In this document: piece by piece, positions 21,058-30,435 of the stretch | Position numbering within the stretch: the stretch's first letter is position 1 | Layout of the letters: every line of letters begins with the position of its first letter | NCBI GenBank assembly: GCA_030747115.1 | Contig: JASLLH010000001.1 | Span: 1,734-65,733, forward strand | Reading direction: 5' to 3' | Length of the DNA: 64,000 nt | Origin: Arenicellales bacterium | GTDB taxonomy: Bacteria; Pseudomonadota; Gammaproteobacteria; Arenicellales; UBA868 | The notes under the pieces: generated by a model | Seen by the model: only the letters and a program-made list of their open reading frames with translations | Databases searched by the model: none | What the model was told of the DNA's origin: nothing | Position numbers and translations under genes: made by a program

Positions 21058-22589
21058 TGCGTGAGATTCTCGAGGAACTGGAGCGGCGCCGCGAAGCCGC
21101 ACGGCAGGGCGGAGGCCAGGACCGGGTTGCGGCGCAGCACGCCAAGGGCAAACTCACCGCCCGCGAGCGGATTGGGGTACTGCTGGACGAAAGCAGTTTC
21201 GAAGAATGGGACGTCTTCGTCGAGCATAGATGCGCCGACTTCGACATGGCTGAAAAAGCGGTCCCCGGTGATGGTGTGGTGACCGGACACGGCACGGTCA
21301 ACGGCCGTACCGTGTTCGTCTTCAGTCAGGATTTCACCGTTTTCGGTGGATCGCTGTCGGAGGCACACGCGGGGAAGATCTGCAAGGTCATGGATCACGC
21401 CATGCGGGTGGGGGCGCCGGTGATCGGCCTGAACGACTCCGGAGGTGCGCGGATTCAGGAGGGAATTGACTCGCTCGCAGGCTATGCCGAGGTATTCCAG
21501 CGCAATGTGCTGGCGTCCGGGGTGATACCGCAGATCTCGATGATCATGGGGCCTTGTGCCGGCGGTGCCGTGTATTCGCCGGCAATTACCGACTTTGTCT
21601 TTATGGTTCGGGATACTTCCTATATGTACGTGACCGGGCCGGAGGTGGTGAAGACCGTCACGCATGAAACGGTCACCCATGAAGAGCTCGGCGGCGCGAC
21701 CACCCATTCAAGCCGCTCCGGGGTTGCCGACGGCGCATTCGACAACGATATCGATGCGCTGTTGGGTTTGCGCCGCTTGGTCGACTTTCTGCCGGCGAGC
21801 AATGTCGACGACGTGCCCCAGCGTGAGCCGGTTGATCCGGTGGACCGGTCAGAGCCCTCGCTGGACACGCTGGTGCCGGATAATCCGAACAAGCCTTACG
21901 ACATGCATGAACTGATCACCAAGGTGGTCGATGACGGCGATTTTTTCGAACTCAAACCCGACTTTGCCGGCAATATCCTGATCGGCTTCGGCCGGATGGG
22001 CGGGTCAACCGTTGGCGTGGTTGCGAATCAGCCGATGGTGCTTGCCGGATGCCTGGATATCCAGTCGTCGGTCAAGGCGGCGCGCTTTGTCAGGTTCTGC
22101 GATGCCTTTGGGATCCCGATCGTGACATTTGTCGATGTACCCGGCTTTCTGCCCGGCACGGCGCAGGAATACGGCGGAATCATCCGGCACGGTGCCAAAC
22201 TGCTCTATGCCTATGCCGAGTGTACGGTGCCCAAGGTGACCGTGATTACCCGGAAAGCCTATGGGGGTGCCTATGACGTGATGGCATCCAAGCATCTGCG
22301 CGGTGATGTCAACCTGGCTTGGCCGAGCGCCGAAATCGCGGTCATGGGACCCAAAGGGGCGGTTGAAATCATCTTCCGCGAGGACATTGGCGATGAGGAC
22401 AAAATCGCCCAGCGAACGGAAGAATACCGCCAGAAGTTCGCCAATCCTTTTGTCGCCGGGCATCGGGGGTTCATTGACGACGTCATTCTGCCGAGTGAAA
22501 CCCGTGTCCGCATCTGTCGATCGCTTTTGATGCTGCGCAACAAGCATCTTGAAAATCCCTGGCGCAAACACGGCAACATCCCGCTGTAG
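21057..22589 (+). CDS. Acyl-CoA carboxylase carboxyltransferase (beta) subunit, propionyl-CoA carboxylase/methylmalonyl-CoA carboxyltransferase type
   Basis: 510 aa. It has [29 protein letters not shown] and [13 protein letters not shown]. Its ATG overlaps the mutase stop (TGATG). Confidence 0.85.
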   Translation: MREILEELERRREAARQGGGQDRVAAQHAKGKLTARERIGVLLDESSFEEWDVFVEHRCADFDMAEKAVPGDGVVTGHGTVNGRTVFVFSQDFTVFGGSLSEAHAGKICKVMDHAMRVGAPVIGLNDSGGARIQEGIDSLAGYAEVFQRNVLASGVIPQISMIMGPCAGGAVYSPAITDFVFMVRDTSYMYVTGPEVVKTVTHETVTHEELGGATTHSSRSGVADGAFDNDIDALLGLRRLVDFLPASNVDDVPQREPVDPVDRSEPSLDTLVPDNPNKPYDMHELITKVVDDGDFFELKPDFAGNILIGFGRMGGSTVGVVANQPMVLAGCLDIQSSVKAARFVRFCDAFGIPIVTFVDVPGFLPGTAQEYGGIIRHGAKLLYAYAECTVPKVTVITRKAYGGAYDVMASKHLRGDVNLAWPSAEIAVMGPKGAVEIIFREDIGDEDKIAQRTEEYRQKFANPFVAGHRGFIDDVILPSETRVRICRSLLMLRNKHLENPWRKHGNIPL

Positions 22590-22592
22590 GCG

Positions 22593-23057
22593 GTGACCGG
22601 TATGCGGTCCCCGGCTGAGGTCGTGCTTGTGTGCCTTTCGGCGGCTGAGGGTGGAGCCATTCGCGAGGTTCCCGAAGCAGTGGCTACGGCGGGGGCCGGG
22701 CTCGAAGGCGACCGTTACTGCACTTTCGGTGTATCGCCCGAAACCCAGTTGACGCTTATCGAATCCGAAGCCATCGATGAATTCAATCAGGTGTTTTCCA
22801 CCGACCTGCCGGTGACGGCCTTTCGCCGGAATGTGATCACCAGGGGAATTCGCCTCAATTCCCTCAAAGGCCGGATATTCACGGTCGGCGAGGTTCAGTT
22901 ACGGGGCGTAAAACTCTGCGAGCCGTGTGCCTACCTGCAGAAGCGCCTCGGGATTCCAGGACTCGTTAAACAGTTGACCCATAAAGGGGGACTGCGCTGC
23001 GAGATTCTGGCGGGCGGAGCGATCCGGCCGGGCGATGCCGTAAGCCCGGGCGGGTGA
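22593..23057 (+). CDS. MOSC domain-containing protein
   Basis: 154 aa. It has GLEGDRY, QLTLIESE and VKLCEPCAYLQK...GGLRCEILAGGAIRPGD, the conserved-Cys MOSC pattern. It starts 3 nt after the carboxyltransferase stop. Confidence 0.7.
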   Translation: MTGMRSPAEVVLVCLSAAEGGAIREVPEAVATAGAGLEGDRYCTFGVSPETQLTLIESEAIDEFNQVFSTDLPVTAFRRNVITRGIRLNSLKGRIFTVGEVQLRGVKLCEPCAYLQKRLGIPGLVKQLTHKGGLRCEILAGGAIRPGDAVSPGG

Positions 23058-23094
23058 TCGGGGTTTGGGGGAAACCTTCGCGCTACCAGGCGGC

Positions 23095-24714
23095 TTAGAG
23101 ATTCTGCGCCTTTTCCCGTAGAACGAACTTCTGAATTTTTCCCGTTGAGGTTTTCGGCAGTTCGCCGAAGACCACCGTGCGCGGCGCCTTGTAGTGCGCC
23201 ATGTTGTCACGGCAGAAATCCATGAGCTCCTGGGGTTCCACCTGTTCTCCTTCGTGCAGGGTCACGAACGCACAGGGACTTTCACCCCAGGTCTCATCCG
23301 GTCTTGCGACGACCGCGGCTTCCAGCACTTTGGGGTGGCGGTACAGCGTCTCTTCAACCTCGAGGCTCGAGATGTTTTCTCCGCCGGAGATAATGATGTC
23401 TTTGGACCGGTCCTTGATCTCGATATAACCGTCCGGGTGGCGCACCGCGATATCGCCGCTGTGAAACCAGCCGCCGGCAAAGGCCGCCTGTGTTGCATCC
23501 GCGTTCTTAAGGTAGCCCTTCATGACGGTGTTGCCGCGGATCATCACTTCGCCGAAGGTGTCCCCATCCCACGGGACATCTTCCATGGTATCGGGATTCT
23601 TCACGCTGGCGTTTTCCAGCGTGCCGTAGTGCACACCCTGGCGGGCCATCCGGGACGAGCGCTCCTGCGGCGCCAGTGCCGGCCAGTCTTCCTGCGGAAT
23701 ACAAACCGTTGCCGGGCCATAGGTTTCGGTAAGGCCGTATAGATGGGTGACATGGAACCCATCAGCCTCCATGGCCTCGATCACGGCAGAAGGCGGAGCG
23801 GCGCCGCCCGTGGCGATCTCCACCGTCTGGGGAAAAGGGGTTTTGACCTCGCGCGGGGCATTCGCCAGCATATTCATGACAATCGGGGCACCGCACATAT
23901 GGCTAACGCCGTTCTCTGCAATAGACGAAAACACTGCGGCGGGTTCCACCGCGCGCAGGCAGACATGGGTGGCCAAGGCCGCCGTCACCGCCCAGGTGAA
24001 TGTCCATCCGTCACAGTGAAACATCGGCAGGGTCCACAGGTATACCGATTCACGGTTAAGTTCCATGGTCGACATGTTGCCGAGTGCGTTGAGATACGCG
24101 CCGCGGTGGTGGTAGACACAGCCCTTGGGATTGCCGGTGGTGCCAGAGGTATACAGCAGCGACAGCGCCTGCCATTCATCCCCGGGCTGGCCTGCGGGGA
24201 ATGCGCCAGCACCCGCCGCAATAAAGGTCTCGTAGTCCGTCTCGCCGAGGAGCTCACCGCCCTGGCTTTCGGAGTCATCAATATCAATGACGAGCGGTTC
24301 GCGTTCGATGAGCGCAAGTGCCTCCTGAATGACCCCGGAGAACGCCCGGTCGGTCAGGAGTGCTTTTGCCTCACCGTGCTCCAGAATAAAGGCGATGGTT
24401 CTGGCATCGAGCCGGATGTTGAGCGAGTTCAGTACCGCGCCCAGCATCGGCACGCCGTTATGCGCCTCCAGCATCTCCGGGGTATTGGCTCCCATGATGG
24501 CGACACAGTCCCCGGGACCGATCCCCCGGGCTGCCAGCGCATTGGCGAGCCGCGACGAGCGTTCCAGAAATTGTGCGTAAGAGTAGCGGCGCTGGCCGTG
24601 GATGATGGCCGTATGAGACGGGACCACCTGCGCAGCCCGCCGCAGAAAACTGACCGGTGTCAGCGGTTCAAAGTTGGCGCGGTCTTTTTCGAGCTGCGCT
24701 TCGAATATGGGCAC
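23095..24714 (-). CDS. AMP-dependent acyl-CoA synthetase (medium/short-chain type)
   Basis: 539 aa, with [20 protein letters not shown] and a C-terminal GELPKTSTGKIQKFVLREKAQNL. Confidence 0.85.
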   Translation of the reverse strand: MPIFEAQLEKDRANFEPLTPVSFLRRAAQVVPSHTAIIHGQRRYSYAQFLERSSRLANALAARGIGPGDCVAIMGANTPEMLEAHNGVPMLGAVLNSLNIRLDARTIAFILEHGEAKALLTDRAFSGVIQEALALIEREPLVIDIDDSESQGGELLGETDYETFIAAGAGAFPAGQPGDEWQALSLLYTSGTTGNPKGCVYHHRGAYLNALGNMSTMELNRESVYLWTLPMFHCDGWTFTWAVTAALATHVCLRAVEPAAVFSSIAENGVSHMCGAPIVMNMLANAPREVKTPFPQTVEIATGGAAPPSAVIEAMEADGFHVTHLYGLTETYGPATVCIPQEDWPALAPQERSSRMARQGVHYGTLENASVKNPDTMEDVPWDGDTFGEVMIRGNTVMKGYLKNADATQAAFAGGWFHSGDIAVRHPDGYIEIKDRSKDIIISGGENISSLEVEETLYRHPKVLEAAVVARPDETWGESPCAFVTLHEGEQVEPQELMDFCRDNMAHYKAPRTVVFGELPKTSTGKIQKFVLREKAQNL

Positions 24715-24868
24715 AGCGACACCTCCCGATCAGTGAGACGGCAATCCTAACGGCTTTATCGGTTTCTGTCAGGTGAGGTTCAAATCCTGCCAGAGTGCTT
24801 CTGGCTCATATGGGCGATCTCCCAAGTGGAGACTGAGTTCACGCTCGGCCGGGGTCAAAGGTTCGTTA

Positions 24869-25192
24869 TCAGTGAACGGTAGTGCGAGCACGGCACCGTC
24901 CGCATCGGATGCGTCTCGCGTTCTGCGCTGGCGCTTGCGTTCGAGGCCGGAGTGGGCCCGGACCGCAGCCGAGGCGCTGGTTGAGACGGGCTTGTTCATC
25001 GCAGAAGTATTTTCTTTTGCCCAGGGTCGAGAAATCGACGAAGCTGAAGTTGACCGCCTTCTTGATTTTGTAGGCAAATCTTCCTGTCAGAATCACCCGC
25101 GCGATATGGGTTTCGATCACCTGCACCCGGCTGACGGGGTGGGGATAGGCGTCTTTCAGACGCATGCCCGCAATTGGAAATCCACTTTCCAT
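24869..25192 (-). pseudogene. Probable 5-prime remnant of a bifunctional aminoglycoside-phosphotransferase/ATP-binding-protein-family gene
   Basis: The first 70 or so codons (PHPVSRVQVIETHIARVILTGRFAYKIKKAVNFSFVDFSTLGKRKYFCDEQARLNQRL) match my memory of the N-terminus of this roughly 500-aa family. The reading frame then turns into an R/P/G-rich tail and stops. No remainder is visible. Confidence 0.4.
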
Positions 25193-25340
25193 GGGACGCT
25201 ACAGTATCAAAACCCCGGACGCCGGAACTGATCTCGGTAAACTTCCGGTGGAGTCACCGTGGGCGGGGAACCGCGGTAGCGGGGCGCTCCCGATACCCGG
25301 CTTATAATCCGGTTCGACGGATACCGTTGGGGAGAGTGGT

Positions 25341-25808
25341 GTGCGGATTCCACAGGGCAGGGCCTACGATGAAGTCAGCGTGGGCGATGAGTTTGACTAT
25401 GTACTCACCATTACCGAGACCCATCTGGTCACGGCGGCGGGCCTGTTTGGTGATTTCAACCCGCTGCACGTCGATGAAACTTTCGCCAGCCAGTCGCGTT
25501 TCGGCGGGCGCATCCTGCACGGCCCGTTTACCAGCGCGTTTGTTGCAGCACCTGTGGGCATCTACTTTTCAGGAACCGCCATTGCCTATCTTGAGCACAG
25601 CTGCCGCTTTCTCGCACCGGTAAAGCCAGGGGACACGCTGCGTGCCCTGTGGACAGTGACCGACATGGCCGATAAAGCCAGGTTTCAGGGCGGGGTGATA
25701 GGGCTCTCCTGCAGCTGCAGCAACCAGCAGGATGTCGAGGTGGCAAGCGCGGCAGGCAAGATCATGGTGGCAACGAGAGCATCAACCGGGGATGAATCCG
25801 ATGAATGA
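25341..25808 (+). CDS. MaoC-like (R)-specific enoyl-CoA hydratase/dehydratase
   Basis: 155 aa with the hot-dog fold motif GDFNPLHVDETFASQSRFGGRILHG. The start is a GTG. Confidence 0.8.
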   Translation: MRIPQGRAYDEVSVGDEFDYVLTITETHLVTAAGLFGDFNPLHVDETFASQSRFGGRILHGPFTSAFVAAPVGIYFSGTAIAYLEHSCRFLAPVKPGDTLRALWTVTDMADKARFQGGVIGLSCSCSNQQDVEVASAAGKIMVATRASTGDESDE

Positions 25809-27006
25809 TGCTCTGAACGGTAAACGTGTCCTGATTTACAGCCACGATTCTTTCGGGCTCGGACACCTGCGCCGCTGCCGGACAATTGCCCATGCCCTGG
25901 TCGATCACTTCGCGGGCCTGAAAGTACTCATCGTTTCGGGGTCACCCATCATCGGCAGTTTCGACTTCAAGAGCCGCGTCGATTTCGTGCGGATCCCGGG
26001 CGTGGTGAAACTGCGGGGCGGCGACTACACCTCGCTGTCAGACCATATTGACCTGTCGCAGACCCTGCAGCTGCGAGGCTCGATCATCCGGCAGACTGCC
26101 AATACATTTGCTCCAGATTTGTTTATGGTGGATAAAGAGCCCCTGGGGCTTCGAGGGGAAGTAACGGAAACACTCAACACGCTTCGCGCAAAAGGCGTGC
26201 CGACGGTGTTGGGGCTTCGCGATATTCTCGATGATCCGGTGCTCCTCAAGAAAGAGTGGGATCACCGGGGTACGCCCAGAAATCTCGAGGCATGGTATGA
26301 CGAGATCTGGGTATTCGGCTCGAGATTCATGGGTAATCCACTGGCGGAACTCGGGGTCAGTGATGCAGGCCTTAAGAGAATGGTCTATACCGGTTATCTG
26401 GAGCGTGCGGTCCCATCGATTGCCAAAGCCCCGGTGAATCTTCCGCATGAGCCATTTATTCTGGTGACACCCGGCGGCGGCGGGGACGGCGAGACCCTGG
26501 TCGACTGGGTGCTGAGTGCGCTCGAGCAAAAGCCCAGGCCTGCAAAGCCCGTGGTGATTGTGCTGGGCCCTTTCATGTCGCAGGCGCTGAGGCAGCAGTT
26601 CCAACTTCGATCCGCCGCACTCGAGGGCGTTCAGACCATCATCTTCAATGCCAATATGGAACTCCTGATGAACCGCGCGGCCGGGGTCGTGGCGATGGGC
26701 GGCTATAACACCTTCTGTGAAATCCTCTCGCTGGATAAGCCGGCTCTGCTGATTCCCCGCTCCACTCCCCGTATGGAGCAGACGCTGCGCGCCCACCGCG
26801 CAGCCTCGCTGGGATATGCCTCGATGCTGGATGGCGATGGTGATCGTTCTGCTGATGCGATGGCGCAGGCCCTGCGCAGGCTGGAGCATCAGCCCCTGCC
26901 TTCTGCAGCCGGGGCAGACAAAGTCCTGTCGGGCCTTGGGATCATCTGCGAGCGCACAAGCGTGCTTCTTTCAGAGCAAAAGATCAGGCGCCAGGATATC
27001 GCCTGA
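25792..27006 (+). CDS. GT-B glycosyltransferase, GT28/MurG-like (COG4671-type predicted glycosyltransferase)
   Basis: The N-terminus is RVLIYSHDSFGLGHLRRCRTIAHAL and the C-terminus has GGYNTFCEILSLDKPALLIPR. The start ATG at 25792 or 25801 overlaps the end of the MaoC gene. Confidence 0.65.
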   Translation: MNPMNDALNGKRVLIYSHDSFGLGHLRRCRTIAHALVDHFAGLKVLIVSGSPIIGSFDFKSRVDFVRIPGVVKLRGGDYTSLSDHIDLSQTLQLRGSIIRQTANTFAPDLFMVDKEPLGLRGEVTETLNTLRAKGVPTVLGLRDILDDPVLLKKEWDHRGTPRNLEAWYDEIWVFGSRFMGNPLAELGVSDAGLKRMVYTGYLERAVPSIAKAPVNLPHEPFILVTPGGGGDGETLVDWVLSALEQKPRPAKPVVIVLGPFMSQALRQQFQLRSAALEGVQTIIFNANMELLMNRAAGVVAMGGYNTFCEILSLDKPALLIPRSTPRMEQTLRAHRAASLGYASMLDGDGDRSADAMAQALRRLEHQPLPSAAGADKVLSGLGIICERTSVLLSEQKIRRQDIA

Positions 27007-27029
27007 CGGCGCGTGGCCGGGCCGGCGCT

Positions 27030-28163
27030 TTGATTCTGTTCTACGTTCAGCACCTGCTTGGCATCGGCCATCTTCGCCGGACGGCGGCAATCGCGCAGGC
27101 ATGCCTGGATCAGGGTTTGCACGCCGAGGTCGTCAGCGGCGGACTGCCCGTTGACCTGGATTCTGACGATGCGCTCAGGATTCATCAGCTGGAACCGCTC
27201 AAAAGTGCGGATCTTTCATTCTCGCAGGTGGTAGACCGCAACGGCGGACCACTCAACGAAAAGATACAAAAAGTTCGGGCCGATAAACTTCTTGAGATCT
27301 TTCATGAAGTTCGGCCCCAGGCACTGGTTACAGAACTCTTTCCTTTTGGCCGGCGCCGGTTTCGCTTTGAACTGCTTCCGTTGCTTGAGGCGGCCGGCAC
27401 CGCCAGGACCCCGGTCATCTGCTCGGTGCGTGACAGCGTTCAGCGGCGCTCCCGGGAGCGCGAGGCGGAAACGATTGCATGGTTACGGCAGTACTATGAA
27501 AAGGTGCTGATCCATGGTGAGGAGCGTTTTATACCGTTTGGTGATTCGTTCAGCCAAGCGGGCGAGATCGCAGATTTGCTCAGTTACACGGGTTTCGTGG
27601 ATAGCGCAACGAAGACGCCGGGTCAGGCGCCGCTGCACTCGGAACCCGAGGTGCTGGTCTCTGCCGGCGGCGGCAGCGCGGGAGAGTCTCTCTATCTTGC
27701 GGCGGCCGAAGCGGGTTCGCTTTCAAGACACCAGGAGGTACCCTGGCGGATCCTGGCCGGGGCCCGGCCCGAGCCGGCTTTTGTCGCCCGGCTCCGACAA
27801 ATCGGCGGTGATCAGCTGACCGTAGAGGCGAATCGCCCGGATTTTCGTGGTCTGCTGGGCAATTGCCGGTTATCGGTGTCACAGGCCGGGTACAACAGCG
27901 TTGTTGACCTTTTAGCGAGCGGGGCTCCTGCGCTTTTGTCCCCCTTTACCGGCGAAGGGGGTGAGACCGAACAACCCGTCCGTGCCGGGCGGCTGTCGGG
28001 TATCGGCAGGGCGCAGGTGATGGATGAACGTGATCTTGATGGTGGTGCGCTTGCAGCCAGGATCGACGCTCTGCTCGACTCCGGGCCACAACGCTTCGCA
28101 TCCAAGCGATGCGATGGTGCAGCGCAGACAGCGAAAGCGCTCAAGGAGTATCTCCTGGTATGA
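27030..28163 (+). CDS. Second GT28/MurG-like (COG4671-type) glycosyltransferase, paralogue of the preceding gene
   Basis: ILFYVQHLLGIGHLRRTAAIAQACL parallels the upstream gene N-terminus, and the C-terminus has SQAGYNSVVDLLASGAPALLSP. The TTG start is uncertain. Confidence 0.6.
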   Translation: MILFYVQHLLGIGHLRRTAAIAQACLDQGLHAEVVSGGLPVDLDSDDALRIHQLEPLKSADLSFSQVVDRNGGPLNEKIQKVRADKLLEIFHEVRPQALVTELFPFGRRRFRFELLPLLEAAGTARTPVICSVRDSVQRRSREREAETIAWLRQYYEKVLIHGEERFIPFGDSFSQAGEIADLLSYTGFVDSATKTPGQAPLHSEPEVLVSAGGGSAGESLYLAAAEAGSLSRHQEVPWRILAGARPEPAFVARLRQIGGDQLTVEANRPDFRGLLGNCRLSVSQAGYNSVVDLLASGAPALLSPFTGEGGETEQPVRAGRLSGIGRAQVMDERDLDGGALAARIDALLDSGPQRFASKRCDGAAQTAKALKEYLLV

Positions 28164-28606
28164 ACCCATCGCCTGAGCCACGGGTCGAATTCAGGGCGTA
28201 CCTGCCTTCGGATCACGAGTCTCTGGTGCAGCTTTGGCACGATTGTGATCTGCTCCGACCCTGGAACGACCCTGGCGATGACATCCGTCAATGTCTTGAG
28301 AACCCGTCATCACAACTGCGGGTCGCAGTCTGTCGCCAGGTACTTTGCGGCAGCGTGATGATGGGGTGTGATGGACACCGCGGCTGGGTCTATTACCTCG
28401 CGGTGGATTCGCGGTATCGCCACCGGGGTATCGGACGGGCGCTCATGGAGCAGGCCGAGGTGTGGATGCGGGCGCGGGACGTACCCAAGATTCAGGCGTT
28501 GATCCGGCACGACAACCTCGCCGTGCGCGGGTTTTACGGCCGGCTCAACTACCGCGACGGCGATGTGCAACTGGTGCAGAAGTGGCTTGCTGAGGAGACA
28601 CCGTGA
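28160..28606 (+). CDS. GNAT-family N-acetyltransferase
   Basis: The ATG at 28160 overlaps the upstream stop (ATGA). LAVDSRYRHRGIGRALM is the acetyl-CoA binding motif. The product is 148 aa. Confidence 0.75.
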   Translation: MNPSPEPRVEFRAYLPSDHESLVQLWHDCDLLRPWNDPGDDIRQCLENPSSQLRVAVCRQVLCGSVMMGCDGHRGWVYYLAVDSRYRHRGIGRALMEQAEVWMRARDVPKIQALIRHDNLAVRGFYGRLNYRDGDVQLVQKWLAEETP

Positions 28607-28714
28607 GCCGGCCGTACCGGTCCATACTCTCCATCAGCGCAGCGGCATCGATTGCCGTGTACCGGGCAGGTCAAGGCCGAGGTCCGGTGCGCGCTTTGAA
28701 GTCATCTGCAGGCC

Positions 28715-29302
28715 TCAGGAAGATTTAAGGGCGATGTTCAGCTGCTTGACGGCGAGCTTACCGTCGCTGATCCGGTAAAGGTGGGCGCAGGACTCACGGA
28801 GTTTTTCCGGCGGATCATCGATCATGTCCCAGTCGGCGGCGAGGCTGAGCGCGGCCCGCAATAACCCTTTGTGACAGACGGCAACGGCGGGAAGATAATT
28901 GCCTGAGAGCGTCGCGATCCAGTGCTCCAGGCGTGTTCTCACATCGCGCGGACTCTCGCCACCGGGCGGGCGAAAATCAAGGCCACGGTCTTCATTGCGG
29001 ATGAAGGCCCCGGGGTCGATCTCGCGCAGTGTTTTCAAAGTGTGACCTTCCCATTCGCCCCACTGCATCTCCTGCAGGGAGTCGATGATTTCGGGTGCAT
29101 TTAAACCCAGCAGATCCGCGGTATCGCGGGCGCGGGCCAGGGGGCTGCAAAAGCAGCGCCACTGCTTATAAGGTGCCGGCAGCGCCCACGATGCAACCTC
29201 AGCACGGCCCGCTTCACTCAAAGGCACATCGGTTCTTCCCTGGATTCTGCCCGCTTCGTTCCACTCGGTAGGACCATGCCGGATGAAAAGAATCTCGCTC
29301 AT
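28715..29302 (-). CDS. Histidine phosphatase family protein
   Basis: 195 aa with the RHG motif in MSEILFIRHGPTEWNEAGRIQGRTDVPLSEAGR, and a later CHKG. Confidence 0.8.
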   Translation of the reverse strand: MSEILFIRHGPTEWNEAGRIQGRTDVPLSEAGRAEVASWALPAPYKQWRCFCSPLARARDTADLLGLNAPEIIDSLQEMQWGEWEGHTLKTLREIDPGAFIRNEDRGLDFRPPGGESPRDVRTRLEHWIATLSGNYLPAVAVCHKGLLRAALSLAADWDMIDDPPEKLRESCAHLYRISDGKLAVKQLNIALKSS

Positions 29303-29304
29303 CG

Positions 29305-30435
29305 TTATGTCAGCGAGCGCAAAAACACATCGAGGGTCCGCGATCCATGCGCCAGCGTGTGGTTTGCAAGAAACTTTTCCTGCGCATTTTTTCCCAGCAT
29401 GTCGCGCAGACCGCGGTCCTCGATCAAACGCCGCACTGCCTTTGCAAACGCGGAGACATTTTCCGGCTCTGTCAGAAATCCGGTCGTCTGGTCTTCGACG
29501 ATGGTTGCGGTCCCTTCGGTGTATCCCGCGACCACCGGCAGTCCGTGACGGTGCGCCTCAAGCATGGCCATCCCGAAAGCTTCGTTGATTGCAGGCCACG
29601 CAAACAGTTCAGAGGCATCGAGATATTGTTCAGTTACTGCGGGTTCCAGCACCCCAACGGGATAGACCCGGTCCTCGCCAAGCGGCGCAAACGCGTTTTT
29701 GACCGAGTCGCCTGCATCGCCATCGCCGATCACGATAAGACGCCAGTGAAGATCTGTAAGCTTCGCGAGCGCGGCTGCCAGCAGCTGGTAGGAGCGTTCT
29801 TTGTCGCCTTTACGCATCATGGCAATGGAAATGAGCCAGGGGACTTGCGCATCGGTGCCGAGACTTTGCGATAACTGTTGTTTTGACTCGTTGCGGGTCT
29901 GACCTGAGGGTGAGCGCCGCCGGGTGAAGGGCAGTATGGAGGCCTGCCTGGCGTTGGCATCCAGAAAAGGCTGAATACAGTCAAGATCACGCGGGTTCAG
30001 CGAGATAACGCCCGCCGCGCTTTTAAGCGCAGTCTCTACCTGGACAAGGCCGGCCCGCCAGGGGCCGCGCTTTTGCCTCGGCGCATACGAGGCTTCTGCA
30101 ACCACGTAGGGGATGCCCAGTGTCTTCGAAATTTCGGGCCCTAACCAATCCGGCGCCTTGTGAAAAAGGTGGTAGGTAAACCAAAGGTCAATTCCTTCGG
30201 TCGCGCTGCTCTTGAGGCCTTTAAGTATGCGCTCGGCTTCTTTCCCGCCCTGGGCCTTCAGGTTTTCCTGAAGATCGAACTCGCCTTCGATGTCGAGTGA
30301 GCGAAAATTGCTCATGACCCGGACCTCATGGCCGGCGAGCGTCATCGCCTCCATCAACAGTCGCGCCAGCGTTCTGTCCCCCGAAGGAGAAGGGTGATCG
30401 GGCGGCTTCATTGGGGCGTAAAACCCAATGCGCAT
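29305..30435 (-). CDS. Glycosyltransferase family 4 (group 1)
   Basis: 376 aa. The N-terminus is MRIGFYAPMKPPDHPSPSGDR. The C-terminal EX7E region is NEAFGMAMLEAHRHGLPVV. Confidence 0.8.
   Translation of the reverse strand: MRIGFYAPMKPPDHPSPSGDRTLARLLMEAMTLAGHEVRVMSNFRSLDIEGEFDLQENLKAQGGKEAERILKGLKSSATEGIDLWFTYHLFHKAPDWLGPEISKTLGIPYVVAEASYAPRQKRGPWRAGLVQVETALKSAAGVISLNPRDLDCIQPFLDANARQASILPFTRRRSPSGQTRNESKQQLSQSLGTDAQVPWLISIAMMRKGDKERSYQLLAAALAKLTDLHWRLIVIGDGDAGDSVKNAFAPLGEDRVYPVGVLEPAVTEQYLDASELFAWPAINEAFGMAMLEAHRHGLPVVAGYTEGTATIVEDQTTGFLTEPENVSAFAKAVRRLIEDRGLRDMLGKNAQEKFLANHTLAHGSRTLDVFLRSLT

Noticed and set aside
20790-24750. Several 180-335-aa antisense ORFs (20790-21707 minus, 22005-22571 minus, 23194-23742 plus, 23743-24750 plus)
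   Set aside because: Each overlaps a motif-supported gene on the opposite strand (mutase, carboxyltransferase, acyl-CoA ligase) and has a compositionally biased translation.
24769-25077. 102-aa minus-strand ORF treated as an independent gene
   Set aside because: It has no motifs, a Ser/Arg/Ala-rich N-terminal half and no RBS. It overlaps the decayed kinase-like fragment. It is more likely part of the pseudogenised region.
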